The notes beneath the pieces are model-generated. The model worked only from the letters and a program-made list of their open reading frames with translations, ran no database searches and was not told where the DNA came from. Source: a virus (lineage: Duplodnaviria; Heunggongvirae; Uroviricota; Caudoviricetes). From it: a stretch of 64,000 nucleotides of DNA. Location: positions 22,479 through 86,478 of the IMG/VR virus record IMGVR_UViG_3300021400_000025. One strand, given 5' to 3'. This document shows positions 11,695 to 20,977 of the stretch, one piece after another; position 1 is the stretch's first letter; every line of letters begins with the position of its first letter. A program made the translations under genes and the position numbers.

Positions 11695-12389
11695 TAGACA
11701 ACTTGATTGACGCTGGGGTTCAGACGACCCAACAGATGATTGAGAAGAAGGGTAAGAACAAGAACGCGAAGGAAATCCCCTTTGAGATTGATGGCCACAC
11801 CTACATGCTGGATTCACAGGAGGAGTGGTGCATGTTCAACTGGATCAAGGAAATGAAGGAACATGGTCTGCTCTTGGATTATGTCTACCAACCCGAGCAT
11901 TGGGAACTGACACCAAGGTTTGAGTACACGCCATATCCGGCGGTTGTGGACAAGAGGAAACGCCCCGTTGACGAGAAGTACGCGAATGTCCCAAAGCCGT
12001 TCAAGACAAAGTTCCTCATGCATCCCCACATCTACACAGCGGACTTCACATTGAAGTTTGACGCGAACAACCTGAAGTTGATGGAGTATCTGTCTCAGGC
12101 GTTCAAGTTGAGATTGGACGATGTTCACGATGGCGTTCTGACATTGGTTGTGGATGTGAAGGGTACGTTCATGAGCAACGATGGTGGGCGTAGTTTCTCA
12201 ATCAACCAGAAGTTGATGATGGCAGTACACAACATCTATGTCAACAAGTTCGTGCCGAAGGTGGCGTTCAAGAAACTGGGAGTTCCAAAACGTTGCCTCA
12301 CCACGATGAAGTCAGGCAAGGCAAGCAAAGTGTTCAAGGGCATGGACTTTCTGGAAACAACTTTACAGAAGTTCGGTCTTGTTGTATAA
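11679..12389 (+). CDS. DUF1064-like restriction-fold (PD-(D/E)xK) nuclease
   Basis: LDSQEEW..YQPEHWEL..IYTADF..VVDVKG motif pattern. Confidence 0.6.
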   Translation: MVHDLIDNLIDAGVQTTQQMIEKKGKNKNAKEIPFEIDGHTYMLDSQEEWCMFNWIKEMKEHGLLLDYVYQPEHWELTPRFEYTPYPAVVDKRKRPVDEKYANVPKPFKTKFLMHPHIYTADFTLKFDANNLKLMEYLSQAFKLRLDDVHDGVLTLVVDVKGTFMSNDGGRSFSINQKLMMAVHNIYVNKFVPKVAFKKLGVPKRCLTTMKSGKASKVFKGMDFLETTLQKFGLVV

Positions 12390-12390
12390 T
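12362..12390 (+). promoter_or_regulatory. Sigma70-type promoter
   Basis: TTTACA-N17-TATAAT. Confidence 0.7.
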
Positions 12391-12411
12391 GTGTTGAAAG
12401 GAAAATCCATT

Positions 12412-12699
12412 ATGGCATCTGAAAAAGAAGCAACGAACATCATTGAGAAGTGGAAAATCATTCTTGAGAAATGTGGCCACCTTGAAACTCTTGAGGAGAA
12501 ATTTCTTTTTGCGAACACACTTGAGACTTTGAGGAACAAGGCTGCTGGGGTAAATGGTGGTGACTACATTCTCCCAGATGGGGAAACTGTGAACATCGTT
12601 GACCCAACCGAGACCAATAGGCTTGTGGTTTCCCATGATGGAAAGGGCAACTTCAACGTGATTCCCCAGCACAAGGATTGGGTGAACAATATCTCCTGA
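12412..12699 (+). CDS. Small protein resembling the gp23 N-terminal segment
   Basis: WKIILEKCGHLETLEEKFLFANTLETLR vs capsid WAPILEKGTPIDSVEKKLIVAQCLENTR (11/28 identical, ungapped). Confidence 0.65.
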   Translation: MASEKEATNIIEKWKIILEKCGHLETLEEKFLFANTLETLRNKAAGVNGGDYILPDGETVNIVDPTETNRLVVSHDGKGNFNVIPQHKDWVNNIS

Positions 12700-12748
12700 T
12701 CCCATTGATGCAATCAAGATGGTTCTGAAAACAATTTTCTGAACCACC

Positions 12749-12777
12749 TTGACATTCAACAAGGAGTATGATATACT
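12749..12777 (+). promoter_or_regulatory. Strong sigma70-type early promoter
   Basis: TTGACA-N17-TATACT with extended TGn. Confidence 0.8.
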
Positions 12778-12817
12778 ATAGGTGTTGTTTTGACACCAAA
12801 AAGGAGTAGATAAGAAA

Positions 12818-13135
12818 ATGAAGAAGATTGTTCTGGTGGCTGTGGTTGCCTTGACGGGCATGCTTGTTCATGCAAAGCCTGTTTCTACAAAATGGGAAAC
12901 ACACCCCAAATCCTACACAACAGGCGTTCTTGTCAGGTGCCCACATTGCTCTCATTATCTTCCAAAACCAACCGGCAATCTGACTGCGAAGGAATGGGCT
13001 ATGTTTGAACGCGAAGCGAAGAAACACATGAAGAGCCATGTGGATAGGGTACATGGATCTCGCCGGGCAGAGCTTAAGGCTTCTCGTGACAGGGTTGCCG
13101 CTCTTGTGGCGAAATCCTCTCGCAAGGGACAATAG
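12818..13135 (+). CDS. Small exported protein with CPHC motif (extends to 13186 if TAG is read)
   Basis: MKK + hydrophobic signal peptide (LVHA|K); RCPHC and HMKSH; ends in TAG. Confidence 0.65.
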   Translation: MKKIVLVAVVALTGMLVHAKPVSTKWETHPKSYTTGVLVRCPHCSHYLPKPTGNLTAKEWAMFEREAKKHMKSHVDRVHGSRRAELKASRDRVAALVAKSSRKGQ

Positions 13136-13189
13136 AAAATGGAATATATTGTTGGCATATCCCCCTTGACATTATACTAGGAGTGAACC

Positions 13190-13381
13190 ATGTTCTGGGA
13201 ACCAATCTACAACCCTGAGGAGAATGAGGACAGGCGTTTGGTGGAAGAGTATGAAAACTATCTTCAAGCCGAGTATGAAGCCTATTTTCAAGTTGAGTAC
13301 GAGAACTATATCTACAATTCTCTAATCATTCCACAATATTTCGCAGATTTGGACGCTGAGGAAAAATCAAGAAATCCTTGA
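13190..13381 (+). CDS. Small acidic/aromatic hypothetical protein
   Basis: 63 aa, E/Y-rich, GGAG RBS. Confidence 0.6.
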   Translation: MFWEPIYNPEENEDRRLVEEYENYLQAEYEAYFQVEYENYIYNSLIIPQYFADLDAEEKSRNP

Positions 13382-13388
13382 AACCCCC

Positions 13389-13417
13389 TTGCGCTGAATC
13401 CAGAATTGTGGTATAAT
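13389..13417 (+). promoter_or_regulatory. Sigma70-type promoter
   Basis: TTGCGC-N17-TATAAT with TGn. Confidence 0.65.
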
Positions 13418-13478
13418 ATAGGTGTTCTAAGGGCAATAGGGATTCGCCCATGAGAAATCCCACAGGAGAAGTTGAGAA

Positions 13479-13607
13479 ATGGCATATTGCGCAGAAAAGG
13501 ACATCTACGAGGCCGAGGTTGAGTACGCCCGGTGGGTAGAGGATGATGCGTACAACACAGTCATCTGTCCTGCGTATTTCAACGACCTTGACAAGGAGGG
13601 CAAGTGA
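13479..13607 (+). CDS. Small acidic ORF (42 aa, not in ORF track)
   Basis: MAYCAEKDIYEAEVEYARWVEDDAYNTVICPAYFNDLDKEGK*, tightly packed before next ATG. Confidence 0.4.
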   Translation: MAYCAEKDIYEAEVEYARWVEDDAYNTVICPAYFNDLDKEGK

Positions 13608-13608
13608 C

Positions 13609-13812
13609 ATGAACAAGAACGGTATGGTTGCGGACTACGAAGACCATCTGCGCAACGCAGAGAGGGAAGTGGAGAAGGCTTGTCAGGCAATATGCTCGTT
13701 GCGCGGGCCCTTCCCCCACATGGAATTGAACGACATCCTTGTGGGAATTGATGAGCTGATTCGTGGGGCATGGAGATTCTACGACAACCCAGAAGTTGAG
13801 ATTGCCCGATAA
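13609..13812 (+). CDS. Hypothetical protein
   Basis: AGGAGG RBS, typical codon usage. Confidence 0.6.
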   Translation: MNKNGMVADYEDHLRNAEREVEKACQAICSLRGPFPHMELNDILVGIDELIRGAWRFYDNPEVEIAR

Positions 13813-13832
13813 GGCGAACAAGGAGTTGAGTC

Positions 13833-14252
13833 ATGATTGACGAAAGCAAAATCTTCAGGAACGAGAACACTGTTCGCACCACGAATATCATGGAGTTGCT
13901 TTTGGCTCTGGTTGACCCAAACAACTCCTTGTCTGAAAAACGCATTATATGGCACAAGTGGCGGTATGACTACTACAATCCTGATGAACTGATGGTGTTC
14001 TTCTCTGATTCCCTTTTCGCAGATGGTGGGTTCCAGTACCTTGACATCGTTTGCCACAACGACTACAAGAACTTCTACGAGATGGCCATGTCCCTTGATC
14101 TTGCCAACTTTGACCCCAAGGCGTACTATCTCTATTGGATTTTGGGATATGGGCACAAGGAGAAGACCCAGCTTGTGAAGGATGCCTTTGACTATGACCC
14201 CGACACCATCCTCTCCATCTTCCCTGACATTGAGAAAGTGGTTTTTGAATGA
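13833..14252 (+). CDS. Hypothetical protein
   Basis: 139 aa, AGGAG RBS. Confidence 0.7.
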   Translation: MIDESKIFRNENTVRTTNIMELLLALVDPNNSLSEKRIIWHKWRYDYYNPDELMVFFSDSLFADGGFQYLDIVCHNDYKNFYEMAMSLDLANFDPKAYYLYWILGYGHKEKTQLVKDAFDYDPDTILSIFPDIEKVVFE

Positions 14253-14266
14253 AAGGAGAATGACAA

Positions 14267-14560
14267 ATGAATGGTTTTTTAACTGTTGCAATCGCACATG
14301 ATTCAACCTGCAAACCGGGTGAAGAGTGGGTGTTTCATGGTCTGGCGAAGCCCTATGATGTACATGGTAGTTTAGAATCCCCTATTGACCAAAAGGACAA
14401 AAACATGGAAGAACTTCGGAAGCACTATGCGAAGGAAGATGAAACCAATGATGTTGAACATGCGAAATGGGGATGTGCATTGGTCATAGTGGCTGCATTC
14501 ATCTTCCTTTTAGGTTTGCCAATTGGGATTTCTTATTTGATTGAAAGGTTAATGCCATGA
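14267..14560 (+). CDS. Hypothetical membrane protein
   Basis: C-terminal hydrophobic helix (WGCALVIVAAFIFLLGLPIGISYL). Confidence 0.6.
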   Translation: MNGFLTVAIAHDSTCKPGEEWVFHGLAKPYDVHGSLESPIDQKDKNMEELRKHYAKEDETNDVEHAKWGCALVIVAAFIFLLGLPIGISYLIERLMP

Positions 14561-14602
14561 TTAAGTGGTTCAACAACTATGTGATGGAAAGGCAGGTGTA
14601 GA

Positions 14603-14896
14603 ATGAGATTCCGCAAGGTGAAGATTGTCCGTGGACGTGAAGTTGTGGAGTATGACCATAATCTGGTTGACTGGAAGAAACACATCATCCGCTCAATCTG
14701 GGACCAGGAGTACAATTGGCGGGAAGACAACAGGCGAATGAAAACGTTGAAGAAGCCTGGGAAGAGACTGAAGTTGGAAAACACGAGTTGGTTCGTGCTT
14801 GATGCCGAAACAGGCGAGAAAATCACGCGATGCGATAGCATTGATCAGGCGAAAAGGTTCTGCATCAAGAACAGCTACGATTTCGGGATGTACTGA
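14603..14896 (+). CDS. Hypothetical basic protein
   Basis: 97 aa, co-oriented packing. Confidence 0.6.
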   Translation: MRFRKVKIVRGREVVEYDHNLVDWKKHIIRSIWDQEYNWREDNRRMKTLKKPGKRLKLENTSWFVLDAETGEKITRCDSIDQAKRFCIKNSYDFGMY

Positions 14897-14897
14897 T

Positions 14898-15299
14898 ATG
14901 AACCCCTTGATGAAGGAGAACCAGATTCTCAGGATGATTTCAGAATCCTCTCGCAATCTGGACGATGACAACAATCTGTACTGGATTGATTTCAAATATC
15001 CCATCAGAAAGTCATTTAACCTTCCCATCCCATACAGGAAGTCCCTTTTGCGTCATCCAGATGACGGTTGGAGCATCTTCAGGAATAATGACGCAGAAGA
15101 AGTTGTGGACAGGGCAACGCAGATGATGTTTGACCTCTCCATGCACCATTACATTTCCAATGTCCTGCGTTATGGCTCGACCCTTGAAGTCAGGTTCAAG
15201 GAATGCCGTGGTGGAAGGATGCCGAACTTTGGAATAAGGACCGTGAGGAAAATATCCAAAATCATCGAGAAAGGTTCAATTCCAACGCATCCCTGGTAA
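14898..15299 (+). CDS. Hypothetical protein
   Basis: ATG right after upstream TGA; ends TAA. Confidence 0.6.
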   Translation: MNPLMKENQILRMISESSRNLDDDNNLYWIDFKYPIRKSFNLPIPYRKSLLRHPDDGWSIFRNNDAEEVVDRATQMMFDLSMHHYISNVLRYGSTLEVRFKECRGGRMPNFGIRTVRKISKIIEKGSIPTHPW

Positions 15300-15324
15300 A
15301 TACTTGAAATAAGAGGCAAATGAA

Positions 15325-15576
15325 ATGACTATCTATACAACAACCATATTGAACACATCTGCGAAACCAACAGATCCAGGGAGAATAGAATGCATGTCGT
15401 TCAAGACATTCGACGCCGCAATTGAATATCTGGTGGATTTCCTTATTGACGAGGGCATCATCGAGACATCAGGTGTCTCGGATGCCAAGAAGTTTTTGCG
15501 TGACTATCATGCCATGCATGCTTATAGCGCTGACTTGGAACTTCATATAGACGAGAACGAGCTTTGTGATTGGTGA
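15325..15576 (+). CDS. Hypothetical protein
   Basis: GAGG RBS; GTAAATA at 15296-15302. Confidence 0.6.
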   Translation: MTIYTTTILNTSAKPTDPGRIECMSFKTFDAAIEYLVDFLIDEGIIETSGVSDAKKFLRDYHAMHAYSADLELHIDENELCDW

Positions 15577-15585
15577 TTGTAGAAA

Positions 15586-16047
15586 TCAAAGTTTGTGGAT
15601 GAACGCCATTGTCTGGCTTTTGCCGAACTGGCGTTCAATTTTTTCCGACATCATGTCCCAATCCCCACCAGCCAATCCACATCCAATCATGTAGGGGAAA
15701 TTGATGTCCAAGGCGAAGTAGTTGCTCAAGTCCTGAAGTTTCGCCAATATGGTGTCCCATGCTTCATAGTCAGTTTGTCTTCCAACATTGGAAGGGAAAA
15801 CCTGTCCAAAGCAGTTCGCAACAACCAACGATGGCTCAACCGACACGTCAAGTACATGTCCAAGCATCTTGTCTGGATGCGCCATGAACTGCTTGCAATC
15901 GTCCTTGTATTGGTTGAACACCATTGGCCATTTGTTGCGAATCTGCAACGCAAGTCCTGCACCCATTACGCCAATGCAGTTGACTTGATGGCATATTATC
16001 CCAGACTTGACTTCAAGAAGGTTTGAATGCTCAAGAATCTCAACCAT
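15586..16047 (-). CDS. Macrodomain protein (Poa1/DarG-like ADP-ribose hydrolase family)
   Basis: NLLEV..IICHQVNCIGVMGAGLALQIRNKWP..VANCFGQ..FPYMIGCGLAGGDW motifs. Confidence 0.88.
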   Translation of the reverse strand: MVEILEHSNLLEVKSGIICHQVNCIGVMGAGLALQIRNKWPMVFNQYKDDCKQFMAHPDKMLGHVLDVSVEPSLVVANCFGQVFPSNVGRQTDYEAWDTILAKLQDLSNYFALDINFPYMIGCGLAGGDWDMMSEKIERQFGKSQTMAFIHKL

Positions 16048-16053
16048 GTTTCA

Positions 16054-16452
16054 TCAGTCAATTTCGTTCATGAGTATTGGAGCATGTTCGCCCATGTATG
16101 GAAGGGATCGTGCCGTATTATAGCTGATCCAATCCTCTGCCTCTTCGTGGCTCATTCCCTCTTTCACAAGGCATTCCGCGAACTTCTCAACTGAATATAT
16201 GACATGGTTCCCATCATAGGTGATTCCGACTATGGCATCGGCATATTGTTCTGGCTTGTCGCCAAGGTAAATCAGTTCTTCGTTGATGCTCTTCAACTCG
16301 TCAATTTTGGATGCTCGTTCCAGATTTTCCTCATGCTTCAACAATGCCTTTGCTTCAGAAACAGGATCAATTCCTAGTTCCTTCAATCCTTCAGGATTTT
16401 CGATAATGGCATGTATCTTTCCATTGTCTGAAGTCAATTCTATTTTGCTCAT
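16054..16452 (-). CDS. Hypothetical phage protein
   Basis: MSKIEL start; YADAIVG..VIYSVEK..EEAEDWISYN segment typical of conserved phage hypotheticals. Confidence 0.65.
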   Translation of the reverse strand: MSKIELTSDNGKIHAIIENPEGLKELGIDPVSEAKALLKHEENLERASKIDELKSINEELIYLGDKPEQYADAIVGITYDGNHVIYSVEKFAECLVKEGMSHEEAEDWISYNTARSLPYMGEHAPILMNEID

Positions 16453-16465
16453 TTCATTTGTCCTT

Positions 16466-16759
16466 TCAAGCCAACTTTGACACGATGAAGTCTGTGTCGA
16501 ATGCCTTGTACTTCTTCCCTTCAAGTTCAATGTCAATCCCCAACGCCTCTGTCATGACGATATCGCCAGGTTGAAGGGAAATCTTCTTGAAGTTCCCATC
16601 CCCATAGACCCACTTGACCTTGTAGAACTTGAGGTTGTCCTTTGACAATCTGTTGTCAATCTTCGTGGATGCAAGGAACAGACCAGCATCTCCATCTGCA
16701 TTCCCACATTCCTCGCAGATGATTCTGTTCTCTCTGGTTATTGTCAAGTCCATGTTCAA
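16466..16759 (-). CDS. GroES/Cpn10-like co-chaperonin (single domain)
   Basis: NRIICEE..GLFLAS..LQPGDIVM..IELEGKKYKAFDTDFIVSKL follows Cpn10 pattern. Confidence 0.6.
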   Translation of the reverse strand: MNMDLTITRENRIICEECGNADGDAGLFLASTKIDNRLSKDNLKFYKVKWVYGDGNFKKISLQPGDIVMTEALGIDIELEGKKYKAFDTDFIVSKLA

Positions 16760-17346
16760 CCATTCACCTTCGCCAGTATTGCGTCCGTCTTGTAGATGAG
16801 AATTGGCTTTGATGGGTCAAGGCTTGAATCCCCCTTGAAGCCATGCAGGGTGTCGTGTTCGTCCTTCGTCAGGAGAATCTTGTCCCCAACCTTGAAGTTG
16901 GACGCATTGTCCTCCCCTTCATAGGGTGGGGTGATGGACTTGATTACGCCAATCTTCATTTCGTCGGAGGTTGGGATGATGAAACCTACAGATTCTTTTT
17001 CTGCATCAACTTCCTGGACGATGCATCTTCCACCCAATGCCCTGTACTTGGTCTTCTCTTCATTGGATTCCATTATCAAGGCGTTGTATCTTAGAAGGGC
17101 GATTGGCTCGGTGTGGTAGAATGTTGCCAACTTGTCGTAGAACGCCCATGAACCAACATCAAGTCCAGTTTTTTCCTTCGCAAGAGAGCCAATCTTCTCA
17201 ATTCTGGCGAAGCCGACACGAAGATTCCTCAATGACTCGTCTCCAATCACGAACCCTTTGCTTTTTGAGGACAGGGTGTCGTTGTCCATTATCCTCAGAA
17301 CAACAATGTCGTTTGCTGGCTCGCATTCCTTGTCAAAATGTATCAT
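16756..17346 (-). CDS. Tandem double-domain GroES/Cpn10-like protein
   Basis: Domain 1 EPANDIVVLR..GFVIG..LDVGSWAFY; domain 2 RALGGRCIVQEV..GFIIP..FKVGDKILL..KTDAILAKV. Confidence 0.7.
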   Translation of the reverse strand: MIHFDKECEPANDIVVLRIMDNDTLSSKSKGFVIGDESLRNLRVGFARIEKIGSLAKEKTGLDVGSWAFYDKLATFYHTEPIALLRYNALIMESNEEKTKYRALGGRCIVQEVDAEKESVGFIIPTSDEMKIGVIKSITPPYEGEDNASNFKVGDKILLTKDEHDTLHGFKGDSSLDPSKPILIYKTDAILAKVNG

Positions 17347-17385
17347 GTTTCAAGTTCCTTCTGTACAGTCCAATTATACATGAAT

Positions 17386-17407
17386 GGCGCATCCAAATGG
17401 ATGCGCC
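17386..17407. terminator. Stem-loop, probable terminator
   Basis: Perfect GGCGCATCC-AAAT-GGATGCGCC between co-oriented genes. Confidence 0.55.
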
Positions 17408-17435
17408 TTCGTTCTATGTGTGTCTTCAGTTTACA

Positions 17436-17909
17436 TCACCTTGAACCAACGCTCACGATGTATGTCTTGCCGTCGGCTTCAAGTTCCCATTCCCCGGAAA
17501 TGCCAGAATAGTTGGGTTCAGAATACGCCAGTTGATGTCCATCCGGATCAAACAGCACAACTTCTGCCCAAAGAGTGCCATCCTCCCTATCGTTGGTGTT
17601 CACCTTCAAGTCGGCGAAGCAACCATCCTCGAACTGCGCAGTCTCCTTGAACACAGTGGATTCCTCGTCAAAGTCGTATTCGTCATAGTCAATCTCTTCG
17701 TTCAGAAGTTCATCCCACATCTGGAGGTCGTCGGGCCATAGGTTGATTTCAGCGTAGAGTTCTTCACCAGACTCCTTGAACATCAATATCTTGCCCTTGT
17801 TGGTCTTGAACAATCTGCCTGACTCGGATACATACGCCAATTTCCCATACTTGTTCTTGAAGTATGGGCTTTTCTCAAAAGCCTCCTTCGTTATGTTTAG
17901 TCTTTTCAT
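17436..17909 (-). CDS. 'LNITKE' N-module protein 1 (candidate internal head protein)
   Basis: N-terminal ~47 aa shared with 32023 and 46798 genes; acidic unrelated C-terminal domain. Confidence 0.7.
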   Translation of the reverse strand: MKRLNITKEAFEKSPYFKNKYGKLAYVSESGRLFKTNKGKILMFKESGEELYAEINLWPDDLQMWDELLNEEIDYDEYDFDEESTVFKETAQFEDGCFADLKVNTNDREDGTLWAEVVLFDPDGHQLAYSEPNYSGISGEWELEADGKTYIVSVGSR

Positions 17910-17930
17910 TTAGTGTTTCCTCATTATAAG

Positions 17931-19661
17931 TTAGATTCCAAGCGTCTTCAACTTCTTGTCAAGTTCCTTTGCGTCAAGTGCCGTCCTCTGTGTGGTCTGT
18001 GTTGAAGTTTCATCCTCAACAACCTCCTGGAAGTCCATCACGACCCCATCGCCCTCGCATCCATGTGCGTCTCTGAAGGAAATCTTGAACCTTCTGTTGG
18101 TTTTGGGGTCAAGGAACACCAGTCTGTCCAGTGAAATCTCCACATCACCACCCATCTTCACTGTGGTCTATGAACCCATCTCGAACATCGCGCCATTCTT
18201 CAACTTCAAAGAGGCCCCATCTTGGAATGTCACTTCCGCCCCAGAAGCGACATTCACCTTGGAATCGTCCTGGATGAAGATGTCTGCGGACGAGCTTATC
18301 GACCCCTCGAATTCTGCGATTCCCCTTGACTTCAAAAGATTGTCCGTATCGACGACATTGGAGGCAACGCTTGTGAGAACCAGCTTGTCGGTGTTCAGTT
18401 GATTCACCCTCAACTTCCACGCATCCAATTCCGAGAATCTGCCTTTCTCCGAAACCACATTTCTGAACAAGGCGTTTCCACTTGCGTCCATTCTATATAC
18501 GCCTTGCTTCACATTGAACCTGCTTGGCACATTGGGGTTCGATTTTTCCATCATGTATGTGATTGGATCGGTCAAGGACTTCACAGTCGCGTCTATGCTT
18601 TCATAGTTCCTTGCGTTCCTCTCCATCGCAGATTCAACCTCGGCATATGGATCATAGGAATCTTCGTCGGAGAATTGATCCTCAACGTCAATCTCGTCGA
18701 TCATGGCATCCTGATACGATTCCCAATTCCCATTGGTGGTCAAACGGATTCCAGATGTCGGCTCGTCCTTCTTGATTGAATTCAATGGCGTGACGACGAT
18801 TTCATCTGTGGCAAGCCTTGAATTGTCCAAAATGAGGTTGGAATCCTGGATTGTCACATTGCCCTCTATCAGGGAGTCCACATTCTTGTCTATCCTGAAG
18901 CAGGTGTCATGCTCGGTTCCACTTCCCATTATCTCAAGACACTGGAACTGGTTGTTCCTTGTGTGGGAGACGATGCCCTTGTTGGCTATTATCTGCCCAC
19001 CATTCACGGTCAATGCTGGACCATTCACAGATCCTTTGCCCATTATGATCACATCGTTCTGGACTTTCGCCGTGCCTCCCACTATGATGTCCTTCACCTT
19101 GAGGGACGAAGAGGCCGTTATGTTCAACCCAGTGAAGTTCTCCATGAAGATGTTGTTGGTCTTTATGGTATCTGCGAATATCTTGTTGCCCACCAGTTCG
19201 TCCGTGACTGCCAGCTTCTTGGTGGTTATCTGGTCCGAAACCTCTTTCTTGGAGAAAACCTTGTCTGCTTGAAGGGTGTCGAGCGTCTGCTTGAATCTGT
19301 CGGCGATGATGGTGGATGTCTACACGTCAATCTTCATCATGGAATCCCCAACCACCAGCCTTTGGCCAGCCTTGATTGTTGAAGAGTTGACGCATGCGCT
19401 GTTGTATGTGGTTTCGATTCCAATCAGCGTCTGCCCATTGTTGAATTGGACTGGCTTCAAGAACTCCACCACCTTCTTGAATGAAATCCCGTCATCCCCA
19501 GATGTGGAAAGCACATCTTTGCCATTTTCCACCACTTTGAGGCAACTGGTTGTCATCTGCCCAGTGGATTCCAGGTTTCCGTTCACCTTCATGCTGCCAT
19601 TGAACACATGGATTCCACCATCTTCACTGAAAATCGTCTCTTCTTCTTCTGATTCTGCCAT
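17931..19661 (-). CDS. Beta-rich virion structural protein (576 aa, TAGs at 19320-19322 and 18168-18170)
   Basis: Three ORF-track fragments join in one frame via two TAGs; V/N/G/S-rich repeats; late motif at 19696-19702. Confidence 0.65.
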
Positions 19662-19695
19662 TGTATCACCTTTTTGAACTTGGTTGCGCATATAC

Positions 19696-19735
19696 TATTT
19701 ACAAAAACACCATTGGGAAACCGAAATGGTAAATA
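19696..19735. promoter_or_regulatory. Divergent pair of late-promoter-like GTAAATA motifs
   Basis: TATTTAC 19696-19702 (minus) and GTAAATA 19729-19735 (plus). Confidence 0.7.
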
Positions 19736-19771
19736 ATGTCTGACAATTTCTATCAAGGTGGACATCAAAAA

Positions 19772-20959
19772 ATGGCACAGCAGATTCAATTCATCTATCT
19801 GGCTCAAAGCGAGTTCGACAACATCACACCAGACAATGGCAAAATATACTTCACTTCCGACACGCATAGGATATACAAGGGAGATGTTCTATATGCCGCC
19901 ACCACATTCGACCAATTGAACTTCTCTACAATAGAGGCAAGTGGAATCACAGTCAATGGCAGCGCAGTGGCATTGGAGGGGCATGTCCATTCTGCGTCTG
20001 AAATAGAGGGTTTGGACGCGATTGTCTCTGCAGCCACGTCCAATTTCGCCACTTGGGGACATGCGCATGTGATAGCCGACATCACCAACCTTCCTGGGAT
20101 AACATCTGGAATCACCAACGACACCATAACCAAGGTAAATGGCAATTTCACCAACCTCACGGTGTCCCAGGCGACAATAGACGCGACAACAGTGTCTGCC
20201 CAATAGATGACTGTGGGTGGTTCGAATGTCTCGGTTGAGGGGCATACGCACTCCTTTGCCGATGTGGGTGGACTTTCAAGCCATGTGTCCCAGGTGACGG
20301 CTTCCATTTCAGCATTTGGCGAACAACTTCAAGGAATAACCTCTTTGGGGATATCCAAGTCCACTGCAACATTTGGAGATTTGACCATAACTGGCGAATT
20401 GACATGCTCGCTCGACCAAGTTCAATTTGGAAGCATAGTTGCCTCTGATATATCAGTGAATGGAAGTTCAGTGGCCCTTGTGGGGCACACGCATACTGTT
20501 TCAGACATAGTGGATTTGGACACAACATCTTTCGCTTCGTCCACCCACACGCATCCCGAACTGGTGGGCATCACTTCAAGCACAATAGAGAAGCAAGTGG
20601 CGGTGTTCCAGAGTCTGAGCGTCTCCGCGGCCACGTTCGACGCGACCACGATTGTTGTGGACACCACAGTGCAGGCGCATTCTGGATCGTTCGCCTCCAC
20701 ATTGACTGTGGGTGGTTCAAATGTGGCTCTTGAAGGACATCTCCATTCAATCTCAGATGTGTCTGGTCTTGAATCTGTGGTGTCTGCGACCTCAACATAC
20801 GAGTCCAGAATAGCCTATTTGGAGGGAATTGTAAGTGCGTTGTCCACCACATATGTGACAAGAAGCGAATTTGAGGATTTGTCTGCAAGCATTGAGTCCA
20901 TTTTGGACGACATAATCAGTGGATAGGCTTCGGTTGAAAGCCAGATAAACCAGATTTAA
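19772..20959 (+). CDS. Tail fibre protein with H-x-H repeats (395 aa, TAGs at 20204-20206 and 20924-20926)
   Basis: Repeats GHVHSASEIEGL, GHAHVIADITNL, GHTHSFADVGGL, GHTHTVSDIVDL, GHLHSISDVSGL span the TAG junction. Confidence 0.8.
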
Positions 20960-20977
20960 CAGGGAGTTTCATGACCC

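Noticed and set aside
13450-13812. Longer TAG-read-through version of the 13609 ORF starting at 13450
   Set aside because: The upstream portion reads poorly; a separate acidic ORF (13479-13607) with RBS and an AGGAGG-led ATG at 13609 explain the region better
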